From an uncultured Gammaproteobacteria bacterium (lineage in GTDB: Bacteria; Patescibacteriota; Patescibacteriia; UBA9934), in NCBI GenBank assembly GCA_964348985.1, contig CAYGEQ010000005.1, forward strand, positions 1-25,126: a stretch of DNA of 25,126 nt, written 5' to 3'. Positions 17,752-25,126 of the stretch are shown here, piece after piece. The first letter of the stretch is position 1; each line of letters begins with the position of its first letter. Position numbers and translations under genes: made by a program. The notes beneath the pieces were generated by a model that saw nothing but the letters and a program-made list of their open reading frames with translations, did no database searches and was not told the DNA's origin.

Positions 17752-17986
17752 CTTGAGTCCGGTTGAGTTGTTGGAACGCTCGGCCATACTGGGAGATCTT
17801 TTTCCAGAGAACTATGGCGGTGAGCCCGAAGGTCAACGCCAGAATGGCGAGAAAGATGGTGTCCGGAAGTTGGAACGCAGTCTTGATCACGAACGCCGCA
17901 ACTGCCGGAACCAGAATGGTCCCGAGCACGTCAACGAATGCTCGTAGCGCGAATACGTAATATTTCCGCACATCATCCCCTGCCAT
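17726..17986 (-). CDS. Small 2-TM protein, AtpZ/AtpI(gene 1)-like
   Basis: Two hydrophobic helices; first gene after the atp promoter, overlapping atpB. The call is mostly positional. Confidence 0.6.
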   Translation of the reverse strand: MAGDDVRKYYVFALRAFVDVLGTILVPAVAAFVIKTAFQLPDTIFLAILALTFGLTAIVLWKKISQYGRAFQQLNRTQDELRRSGS

Positions 17987-17997
17987 AAAACGCGGGT

Positions 17998-18026
17998 AGT
18001 ATATGTGATCCCAGAGTTAGGGTCAA
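17998..18026 (-). promoter_or_regulatory. Sigma70-type promoter of the atp operon
   Basis: Minus strand TTGACC-N17-TATACT, ending 11 nt before the ATG at 17986. Confidence 0.75.
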
Positions 18027-18041
18027 GGAGCGTGTGGAGAA

Positions 18042-18902
18042 TTACAAGCCAAAAAGCTTCATGGCGTTTTCTGTGGTAACCCTAGCCACTTCATCTACGG
18101 ACACTCCTTTAAGTTTCGCGATAGCCTCGGCCACATGCACAACGTTACTCGGCTCGTTCCGCTTTCCACGCATGGGTGCGGGCGATAAATACGGGGAGTC
18201 AGTTTCAACAAGTATCTGCTCAAGCGGAATCTCCCTCACGGCTTCCATCACGTTTTTGCCAAAGGTAACGATGCCAGTGATAGAGACATAAAAACCGATC
18301 TCTTTATAATTTGCCGCCTCTTCCGCGGTACCGGTAAAACAATGAATTACGCCCCGGCGCTTCAAACCACCGGCGTCGATTTCGTCCTTCAATAACTGGA
18401 ATTGATCCGCGTGAGCGTCTCGGCAGTGAATGACAATCGGCTTTGACGATTGTGTCGCAAAACGCATTTGTTCACGTACAGCAAAAGACTGATCGGCCTT
18501 TAACTTTTCTAAATCAACATTCGGCGGAATTCGAAAATAATCTAAACCAAATTCCCCAATGGCCACCACCTTGGGGTGCTTCACTAACTCTCGGTAATAG
18601 TCCGCGTCAAACGTCTCTGCACGCGTCTTAATCTTCACTCCGTGCGTGTGCTGAGGATCACTCGGTGAAAGTTCATTATCATCCGCAAACTCCTGCGCGT
18701 GCAGATGATTAGGATGGAGTCCAATGGTGCACCACACGCCTTCATAACGCTCAGCCAAGGCCAACCCATTCTTACTTGTCGTCGACTGTGTCCCAACCGT
18801 AATCATGCCTACGCCATTCTTGAGCGAACGCTGAACCACTTCGTCCATGTCATCCTTGAAGGCTTGAAAGTGAACGTGACAATGCGTATCAATATATTTC
18901 AT
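18042..18902 (-). CDS. tatD: TatD family metal-dependent nuclease/hydrolase
   Basis: DTHCH, GLHP, IGEFGLDY, IHCRDA, HCF, ETDSPY. Confidence 0.95.
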   Translation of the reverse strand: MKYIDTHCHVHFQAFKDDMDEVVQRSLKNGVGMITVGTQSTTSKNGLALAERYEGVWCTIGLHPNHLHAQEFADDNELSPSDPQHTHGVKIKTRAETFDADYYRELVKHPKVVAIGEFGLDYFRIPPNVDLEKLKADQSFAVREQMRFATQSSKPIVIHCRDAHADQFQLLKDEIDAGGLKRRGVIHCFTGTAEEAANYKEIGFYVSITGIVTFGKNVMEAVREIPLEQILVETDSPYLSPAPMRGKRNEPSNVVHVAEAIAKLKGVSVDEVARVTTENAMKLFGL

Positions 18903-18912
18903 AGGAAGGGAT

Positions 18913-19014
18913 CCACCAGGTTTCAGGTGTCAGGTTATGGAGCCTGAACAAAGAATCCAATGCATCTAAATTCAGTAAGTCACAGTCCTTAACCTGACAC
19001 CTGAAACCTGGTGG
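18913..19014. repeat. Heptamer-armed inverted-repeat element, copy 2 (cvpA-tatD spacer)
   Basis: Perfect 25-bp inverted repeat CCACCAGGTTTCAGGTGTCAGGTTA (18913-18937) / TAACCTGACACCTGAAACCTGGTGG (18990-19014) around a 52-nt core. Confidence 0.92.
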
Positions 19015-19020
19015 CACAGG

Positions 19021-19500
19021 TCATAGCACATTCATCTTAACAAGCGCATTTATTGCATTGGACACAGTATAGGACTGGACGAATGCATTCCGGATGTCAC
19101 TTTGCGGGAAAAAGTTTACCGTAGCAAAGGCAATGGCGAGGGCCACCATTCCGGCCTCGATTGCGCCAACCAAGAAACCGAGAATGCTGTTAAGCATCCC
19201 AATGCCCGGAATAATCGAGAGAACTTTTCGGGCTAGATCAAGGAGAGTGATCACAAAACCCATCAGTCTAGTCAAAATCAAAGTCAGCAACAAAAAGACT
19301 ACAACAAAAACCACCGGGTTGCCGCTAAAATGCCACCCCGTTACGCTTTCAATCCAGGCTACGCCCCAAGTAGCAATAGACACTGCCACCACTAATGCCA
19401 CTAAACTCCCGGCCATCTTCACGAAGCCCTTATGCCAGCCCTGCAGACAAAGCAGCAAGGCAAGAACCGCGAAGATGATGTCGACAATAATTGGTTGCAC
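19021..19500 (-). CDS. cvpA: CvpA family membrane protein (GTG start)
   Basis: IVDIIF ... GWHKGF, four TM helices, LNSILGFLVGAIE. Confidence 0.85.
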   Translation of the reverse strand: MQPIIVDIIFAVLALLLCLQGWHKGFVKMAGSLVALVVAVSIATWGVAWIESVTGWHFSGNPVVFVVVFLLLTLILTRLMGFVITLLDLARKVLSIIPGIGMLNSILGFLVGAIEAGMVALAIAFATVNFFPQSDIRNAFVQSYTVSNAINALVKMNVL

Positions 19501-19501
19501 A

Positions 19502-20941
19502 TTATTCTTTTACCTCTTCCCTCTTTGGGAACAGTGGCTCGCCATGAATGAGCTTCTCCGTATTATAGCGCTTCAAAATCTCTTCACTCGTGGCTGGAAT
19601 TACTGGAGCCAACGCAGTCGCAACCCAACGGATCATGGCAGCGAGCTCGGCGAGCGACTTCTTTGCAGCTTCCGCGTCTGTTTTAACGAGCCTGAACGGG
19701 GCCTCAACGTCGATCTTGTGGTTGGCCGAGTCGATTACCGTCCAAACATGTTCAATGTACTGTTTGAAATTGTATTCAGCGAGAGATGAGTCGAGGGACT
19801 TGTCGAGTTCTGCATGGTCGAAGGCTACCTCACCAACTACTCCATCAAAATACTTGTTCGCCATGGCGGCTACACGGCCAGCCAGGTTGCCGAGGTTGTT
19901 CGCTAACTCGTTGTAGCGCTCCTCCATGCGCATCTCTGAATAGTCGCCGTCGGTACCGGTTGGCATTTCGCGCAACAGGAAATAACGGACAGCGTCTGTT
20001 CCGTACTTGTCGACTAGATCCTTCGGGTTGATGACATTACCGAGCGACTTGCTCATCTTCTGGCCATTCACCGTGATGAACGAGTGAATGAAGATCTGCT
20101 TGCTCATGGGCAAACCGGCAGACAAAAGCATGCCCTGCCACATTGCGCTCTGCTGTCTCAAGTTATCTATTCCGGCTACCTGAACACCAGGCCAGAATTT
20201 TTCGAAGTTGCCTTTCGCCGGCCAATCCAATGTCGAAATGTAGTTCACGAGCGCGTCGAACCACACGTACATGACGTGATCCTCGTCTCCTGGCACCGCA
20301 ATTCCCCATGGCATCTTTTCCTTTAGACGAGAAATGCTGAAGTCATTCAATCCGCCTTTCACGAAATTTTTGATCTCGTTAAACTTTTCGTTTGGGACAA
20401 CAAAGTCGGGGTGAGCGGCGTAGTAATCGAGAATTGCCTTTTCGTACTTAGACCAACGGAAAAAGTAGTTTTCCTCGTCCCGCAACTCAATCTCCATCTT
20501 CGGGTGCACTGGACACTTGCCGTCAACGAGATCGGAATCAGTCTTTTCGAGCTCACAGCCAACGCAATATTTAGTCTGGTACTGCTTCTTATAAATGTCG
20601 CCAGAGGCATCACAACGCTTCCAGAACTCTTGGGCGGCCGCAACATGCTTCTCGTCTGTGGTGCGAATGAAGTGCGTGTACGTCAAATTAAGATGTTCGC
20701 GCAGATCCTGGAACTTCACGGCGAACATATTGCAATATGCCTTCGGCTCCACACCAAGCTCTAAGGCCTTCCTGTAGATCTTCTGACCGTGCTCGTCGGT
20801 CCCAGTATTAAAAATCACCTCATCACCAAGCGACCGTCGATAACGAGCAATCATATCGGCTTGCACGAACTCAATCGCGTGGCCGATATGCGGATCGGCG
20901 TTGACGTACGGAAGCGTGGTGGTGATGTAGTAGTTGGACAT
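19502..20941 (-). CDS. metG: Methionyl-tRNA synthetase, short form without a C-terminal tRNA-binding appendix
   Basis: TTLPYVN, HIGH, GTDEHG, one knuckle CVGC..CPVH, YVWFDAL, KMSKS, LANNLGNL. Confidence 0.97.
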   Translation of the reverse strand: MSNYYITTTLPYVNADPHIGHAIEFVQADMIARYRRSLGDEVIFNTGTDEHGQKIYRKALELGVEPKAYCNMFAVKFQDLREHLNLTYTHFIRTTDEKHVAAAQEFWKRCDASGDIYKKQYQTKYCVGCELEKTDSDLVDGKCPVHPKMEIELRDEENYFFRWSKYEKAILDYYAAHPDFVVPNEKFNEIKNFVKGGLNDFSISRLKEKMPWGIAVPGDEDHVMYVWFDALVNYISTLDWPAKGNFEKFWPGVQVAGIDNLRQQSAMWQGMLLSAGLPMSKQIFIHSFITVNGQKMSKSLGNVINPKDLVDKYGTDAVRYFLLREMPTGTDGDYSEMRMEERYNELANNLGNLAGRVAAMANKYFDGVVGEVAFDHAELDKSLDSSLAEYNFKQYIEHVWTVIDSANHKIDVEAPFRLVKTDAEAAKKSLAELAAMIRWVATALAPVIPATSEEILKRYNTEKLIHGEPLFPKREEVKE

Positions 20942-20955
20942 AGATAAAGGCCGAA

Positions 20956-20981
20956 GTTTGTCCAGGATATCTAGGACAAAC
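20956..20981. other. 26-bp near-palindrome upstream of metG
   Basis: GTTTGTCC-AG-GATATC-TA-GGACAAAC; 11 of 13 positions are symmetric. Confidence 0.65.
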
Positions 20982-20998
20982 GCTGGGTTTCAGATAGC

Positions 20999-21670
20999 TT
21001 AACGCTTGCCGACAATAACCACAAACTCGCCCTTCATACTTGTCTCCTTCAGGGCCTTTAGAACCTCTACAGCCGTGCCTCTATATATTGTCTCATGTAA
21101 CTTGGTCAGCTCACGGCAAACCACAAGAGGCTTAGGGCAGGACGCGAGGGACTCGAGAGCCTTTTCGATCCGGTGAGTTGCTTCGTAAAATACTTGTACA
21201 TGGTCAGCCTCAAGGACTTCACGGAAGAAGGTCTCTCTCCCCTTCTTATGGGGCGGGAAACCCAGGAACGTAAAACGGTCAATCGGCATACCGGAAATTG
21301 AGAGTGCGGCAATCACGGCGCTCGCTCCGGGGATTGGTGTGACCGTAATTCCGCTCGCAACTGCATCGGCCACTAGGAATCCGCCAGGGTCTGAAATGGC
21401 CGGCGTACCTGCGTCCGTCACCAGAGCAATTTTCTTACCCTCGACCAGCATCTCTACAATGTGTTTCCGCTTCAAAGGATCAGTGTGTTCGTGGAACGAC
21501 ATGGTGGACGGCGTAATCCCTAAGTGTGCCAGCAATCGACTCGTCACGCGTGTGTCCTCGCACAGCACCAGATCCACACTCGCCAAAATTTCCTTAGCGC
21601 GCGCTGAAATATCACCGAGATTTCCTATCGGTGTGGCGACTATGTAAAGGTGGCCGTTATTCTGAGACAT
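20999..21670 (-). CDS. rsmI: 16S rRNA (cytidine1402-2'-O)-methyltransferase
   Basis: VATPIGNL, CEDTR, DAGTPAISDPG, IPGASA, RELTKLHE. Confidence 0.96.
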   Translation of the reverse strand: MSQNNGHLYIVATPIGNLGDISARAKEILASVDLVLCEDTRVTSRLLAHLGITPSTMSFHEHTDPLKRKHIVEMLVEGKKIALVTDAGTPAISDPGGFLVADAVASGITVTPIPGASAVIAALSISGMPIDRFTFLGFPPHKKGRETFFREVLEADHVQVFYEATHRIEKALESLASCPKPLVVCRELTKLHETIYRGTAVEVLKALKETSMKGEFVVIVGKR

Positions 21671-22862
21671 TGATGGTGGTTACAGGTAGCTCCGCGCCGT
21701 CCTCCGCGGCCTCTGGCTGGACGAACAACTCATTCCCCAAAAGACGCGCCGTTGGAAAATGAGACACGTAAGCATGAGCGAAATATCTAGCTGTTGGCTG
21801 GATTTCCATTAGCTGTGTGCCCTTCAGCTCGCCTTGAATTGATAGACCGTCAGTCGTCCACCTGGAAGAGGTTTCTAGATCAGTGATGACGTTGCCCTCT
21901 CGCTTGAAGTTCAAGATCTGACCGTCAACGGTTGAATTGAAAACTTTGATCAGATTGTCCTCATTAACTAAGGCTACGTAGGAGGTCGAGCCGGTGACAT
22001 AGTTTGGCCCCTCCACAAAAGATAGAAACTTAGCCGTGGCGCCCACATGCTCATTTTCAATCACTAGGTCGTAAACCAATTCTTTATTAGCTAAGCGAGT
22101 ATCAGTTTTGTTAGTGGGGAAAAACAATGAGTTGTTGTTCTCATAATTACCGTAAGGATGCCGCCTATAATCCCGGCTATACCCCGTTTCAGTAGACAAC
22201 ACCTCCCCATTTGGATAAGCCTTTTTCCAAGCGTCCCAAGTCATAACGGCGCTTGGATAACGCTGCAGCGAAGTGGCGTGATCATGTCCCGCTACTAAAG
22301 CACCGCTAGCCTGATCCCAAAGACTAGTGGAAGCAGAGTCGTAAAATACAGGACAGTTGTTGTAAACCTGGCCGTTGTCCCCAAATGTTCTAGCTATACC
22401 GTCCTCCACTACTCGGTCATAGACCACCGCACTCCCGCACAGTGGCGAATACGAAACCAAAAGCTCACGTCCACCAAATTTATCATTAACAATCTGATGC
22501 CAGTTTAATATTTGGAACGAATAAAAACGGTGCTGACCGTTCACCTCCACATCAATACCTGCCACCGTATCATCCAACACTTCATCAGCAGTTGCCATGG
22601 AAACATAGACCGGCATATTTATGGCTGGCACGCCGTCCTTGCCTAACCCGTTCCCATAAAGCTCATCCGGTGGCACAAAAAAATTAGTGCCATTTTTCAT
22701 GACCGGCTGACTGTAGGTGCCGCCCATCACATCCGGCCACCGTCCCTCCGCTGGCATATCAGCTAACCGCCAAGCCCGCACTCCAACCAAGGCGCCCAGC
22801 ACTAGAAGCCCGACCACCACTGGGAGTATTTTTTTGAAATTCTTATGCATAGGAATGGGCAT
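21657..22862 (-). CDS. DUF3179-like membrane-anchored extracytoplasmic protein (likely start 22862 or 22850)
   Basis: N-terminal TM, GKDGVPAINMP, ILNWHQIVND, YSPLCGS, SLWDQASG, MTWDAWKKAYP, TGYSRDY. The ORF-track start 22931 would overlap ahpC. Confidence 0.75.
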   Translation of the reverse strand: MPIPMHKNFKKILPVVVGLLVLGALVGVRAWRLADMPAEGRWPDVMGGTYSQPVMKNGTNFFVPPDELYGNGLGKDGVPAINMPVYVSMATADEVLDDTVAGIDVEVNGQHRFYSFQILNWHQIVNDKFGGRELLVSYSPLCGSAVVYDRVVEDGIARTFGDNGQVYNNCPVFYDSASTSLWDQASGALVAGHDHATSLQRYPSAVMTWDAWKKAYPNGEVLSTETGYSRDYRRHPYGNYENNNSLFFPTNKTDTRLANKELVYDLVIENEHVGATAKFLSFVEGPNYVTGSTSYVALVNEDNLIKVFNSTVDGQILNFKREGNVITDLETSSRWTTDGLSIQGELKGTQLMEIQPTARYFAHAYVSHFPTARLLGNELFVQPEAAEDGAELPVTTINVSE

Positions 22863-22914
22863 AGAGTAATAGGTAGAGCAAAAAGAGTAAAGATGTGATA
22901 ATCTGCTCCCACCT

Positions 22915-23439
22915 ATGATCTCCATAAACAAACCGGCACCAAGTTTTGAGAATGTTACCTCTTACACAAAGGGTGAATTCACTAAAACCAGCCTATCAGA
23001 CTACAAAGGCACTTGGCTTATTTTATTCTTTTATCCACGGGATTTTACCTTCATCTGTCCTACGGAAATTAAAGGCTTCGCTAAGATGGAAGCCGAGTTC
23101 GCTAAGTTCAACGCCAAAGTATTAGGCGCCTCCACTGACTCTGAATGGTCACACAAGAACTGGTTTGAAAAAGACTTACCAGAAGTCACCTACCCTATCT
23201 TGGCCGACACCACCCAGAAAGTCGCTCGTGATTACGGAGTCTTGAACGAGGACGACGGCAGTGCTGACCGCGGCCTCTTCATCATTGATCCAGAGGGCGT
23301 GGTGAAGTATGCGGTCATATCCGCTGGCTCCGTTGGCCGCTCGGTCAAAGAAGTTTTGAGAGTTCTCGAAGCACTCCAGTCCGGCGAGCTCTGCCCGGTA
23401 GAATGGGAACCAGGCGAAAAGACTCTCGGTAAGGCTTAG
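22915..23439 (+). CDS. ahpC: Typical 2-Cys peroxiredoxin (AhpC/Prx1)
   Basis: FYPRDFTFICPTE (peroxidatic Cys), STDSEWSH, DRGLFIIDP, GRSVKEVLR, LCPVEW (resolving Cys). No GGLG or YF motifs. Confidence 0.96.
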   Translation: MISINKPAPSFENVTSYTKGEFTKTSLSDYKGTWLILFFYPRDFTFICPTEIKGFAKMEAEFAKFNAKVLGASTDSEWSHKNWFEKDLPEVTYPILADTTQKVARDYGVLNEDDGSADRGLFIIDPEGVVKYAVISAGSVGRSVKEVLRVLEALQSGELCPVEWEPGEKTLGKA

Positions 23440-23444
23440 TAAAT

Positions 23445-23528
23445 AAAAAACCAGTGTTGACGAGAAATTGTTAGGAGGGCGCCGTAGACCTCTGCCCGAC
23501 TCCAATTTCGAGACAATACTGGTTTTTT
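23445..23528. terminator. Long bidirectional terminator hairpin between convergent ahpC and pepA
   Basis: AAAAAACCAGTGTTG / CAATACTGGTTTTTT outer stem, GAAATTG/CAATTTC and GGGC/GCCC inner stems. Confidence 0.8.
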
Positions 23529-23530
23529 GT

Positions 23531-25039
23531 TTACTCTAAATTCTGGACGTACTTCACCAATGTTCCAACGCCGAACCCTGTTCCACCTTTACCAACGTAA
23601 GTTGAGAGTGGTCGCTCGGCAAACGCTGGCCCGGCTATATCCAGGTGAACCCACGGCGTATTGTCTTCTATGAACTCGGCCAAGAACAAACCGGCCGTCA
23701 GCGCTCCCCCATAGCGCGTCAGAGCAATGTTTCGTAAGTCGGCTACCTCAGACTTGATCTGAGAGGCATAGCGTTCAAAGAGTGGTAGCTCCCACATACG
23801 CTCCCCCGCCTCCTCAGACGCGCTCAGGACTTCTTTCATCAGCTTCTTGTCATTCCCCATGGCTCCCGCTACTTCCTCCCCCAGCGCACCTACTACAGCA
23901 CCCGTCAAAGTAGCCAGATCAATCATTGCGTCAGGCTTCACTTCTCTCTGGATATACGTCATGGCGTCAGCTAGCGTAAGGCGACCTTCTGCATCAGTAT
24001 TCAGTACCTCAATGGTCTTACCGTTCATGGACTTCACCACATCGCCTGGTTTAGTGGAATGTCCGCTTGGCATGTTCTCTGTAGCGGCAATCACGCCATG
24101 AATGTTTACTCTTGGCTTCAGGCGCGACAGCGTAGCAAAAAGTCCGAGCACAGCCGCTGCTCCCGCCATGTCACACTTCATGGTCATCATGCCGTCAGCC
24201 GGCTTAAGTGACAAACCACCCGAATCAAACGTCACTCCCTTACCAACAACGGCCACCGTCTTCTTACTTGGCCTGGGCGACTTATAGCTCAAATGAATAA
24301 ATTTCGGCTCTTGTCCGCTCCCCTTGGACACCGACAGGTACGAACCCATCCCGAGCGCCTCACACTCCCCCGCCTCTAAAACCTTAACCTCAACCATCTC
24401 ATTAGATGACTTCGCTATCTCAAGCGCCGCCTCAGCTAGCAAGCTTGGTGTCATGTGTCCTCCAGGCGTGTTCACCAGGTCACGGGCCACCGTCAAACCA
24501 TCACATAGAGTCTCCGCGTGCAGTACGGCCTTTTTCATTGCCAGAAGCTGCGCGCGTTCCTCGGTGGCAATCACAAATAGATCGAGGTGCTTAGTACTCG
24601 GCTCCTTCTTAAACATGTCAAACGAGTAGTCGCTCAAGATAGCAGCCGTCGCTACCGCCTCAGCCACCGGCGCCTTAGCCAGCTCTCTTGGCAAAACAAG
24701 GCCAACAGACTTCATACCGTTCTTCCTAGCCACGGCCGTGGCTGTACCCACCGCCTCTCTAATTGCCTGGAGATTAGAAGCCTTTTTCTCCCCCAAACCT
24801 ATAACCAAGATGGCATCCGCATTACTACCTACCGGCAGTTGAAGCGAGACGGTCTCATTTAGCTTTCCAGCAAAGCCCATCCGCTCAACTGACACCATGA
24901 ATCTATCCACCAGCTCGGCCGGGATCCCCTTCACGTTCTTAATGGAAAAGGTCTTGCCGCCAAACACCGGAATCACCACTAGATTGGTCTGGCACAAAGT
25001 AGCCGTAGCCTTAAGGACGTTAATCTGCATATATCTCAT
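23531..25039 (-). CDS. pepA: Leucyl aminopeptidase (M17)
   Basis: ARDLVNTP, VGKGVTFDSGG, MKCDMAGAA, NTDAEGRL, ATLTGA, WVHLDIAG. Confidence 0.97.
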   Translation of the reverse strand: MRYMQINVLKATATLCQTNLVVIPVFGGKTFSIKNVKGIPAELVDRFMVSVERMGFAGKLNETVSLQLPVGSNADAILVIGLGEKKASNLQAIREAVGTATAVARKNGMKSVGLVLPRELAKAPVAEAVATAAILSDYSFDMFKKEPSTKHLDLFVIATEERAQLLAMKKAVLHAETLCDGLTVARDLVNTPGGHMTPSLLAEAALEIAKSSNEMVEVKVLEAGECEALGMGSYLSVSKGSGQEPKFIHLSYKSPRPSKKTVAVVGKGVTFDSGGLSLKPADGMMTMKCDMAGAAAVLGLFATLSRLKPRVNIHGVIAATENMPSGHSTKPGDVVKSMNGKTIEVLNTDAEGRLTLADAMTYIQREVKPDAMIDLATLTGAVVGALGEEVAGAMGNDKKLMKEVLSASEEAGERMWELPLFERYASQIKSEVADLRNIALTRYGGALTAGLFLAEFIEDNTPWVHLDIAGPAFAERPLSTYVGKGGTGFGVGTLVKYVQNLE

Positions 25040-25081
25040 TTTTCCCGTATTTCTACAGTTTAGTCAATAAGGTGCTAAAGC

Positions 25082-25109
25082 TTGACGAAAAAATACGTTC
25101 CTGTATAAT
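25082..25109 (+). promoter_or_regulatory. Sigma70-type promoter pointing out of the window, divergent from pepA
   Basis: TTGACG-N16-TATAAT. Confidence 0.7.
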
Positions 25110-25126
25110 TCCGACCATCTTATTGG

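Noticed and set aside
18600-18700. ~20-aa loop insertion in TatD after HPNH
   Set aside because: All metal ligands are intact and this loop is variable in the family; nothing supports a new function.
16552-19014. Repeats as a CRISPR array
   Set aside because: Only two copies 2.3 kb apart, no regular repeat-spacer period and no cas genes. The Cas4-like Cys pattern belongs to the helicase-fused nuclease.
19021-21670. cvpA inside the rsmI-metG-tatD cluster
   Set aside because: rsmI-metG-tatD synteny is well known (e.g. Bacillus), and one inserted housekeeping gene is ordinary shuffling.
22437-22451. Selenocysteine in the DUF3179 motif, or TGA recoding (code 25)
   Set aside because: The codon is TCG (Ser). 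No gene needs TGA readthrough, and TGA terminates lysS, cvpA, the atpZ-like gene and the orphan ORF.
22863-22931. Head-to-head overlap of DUF3179 and ahpC
   Set aside because: Artefact of the longest-ORF start; ATG 22862 or 22850 directly precedes the TM anchor and removes the overlap.

Overview
An accessory-poor housekeeping window with almost all genes on the minus strand. It is most likely from a Patescibacteria/CPR (Parcubacteria-like) genome; this is inferred from the short AtpH, the CPR-style MetG and c-subunit motifs and the scarcity of Shine-Dalgarno sites. TGA is used as a stop, so the code is standard code 11. Transcriptional order on the minus strand: pepA | DUF3179-rsmI-metG-cvpA-tatD | atpZ/I-atpBEFHAGDC | UvrD-like helicase fused to a PD-(D/E)XK nuclease, dciA, a 4-TM hypothetical, mreBCD-mrdA | greA-lysS-ribL-like-serS (serS runs off the left edge and is missing from the ORF track). 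Only ahpC and a 108-aa orphan are credible plus-strand genes. I found no tRNA, rRNA, CRISPR array or transposase. The most interesting signals are: (1) an MreB with Ala at the catalytic Glu position; (2) a ~176-nt irregular hairpin with a central bubble between the helicase-nuclease and dciA, either 6S-RNA-like or a dispersed repeat; (3) a two-copy heptamer-armed inverted-repeat element with a conserved core, plus a related heptamer array that together bracket atpE; (4) non-canonical active-site residues in LysRS and MetRS; (5) a terminator-like hairpin in the greA leader. All alignments and motif comparisons were done by eye from memory of the families, and no searches were run.
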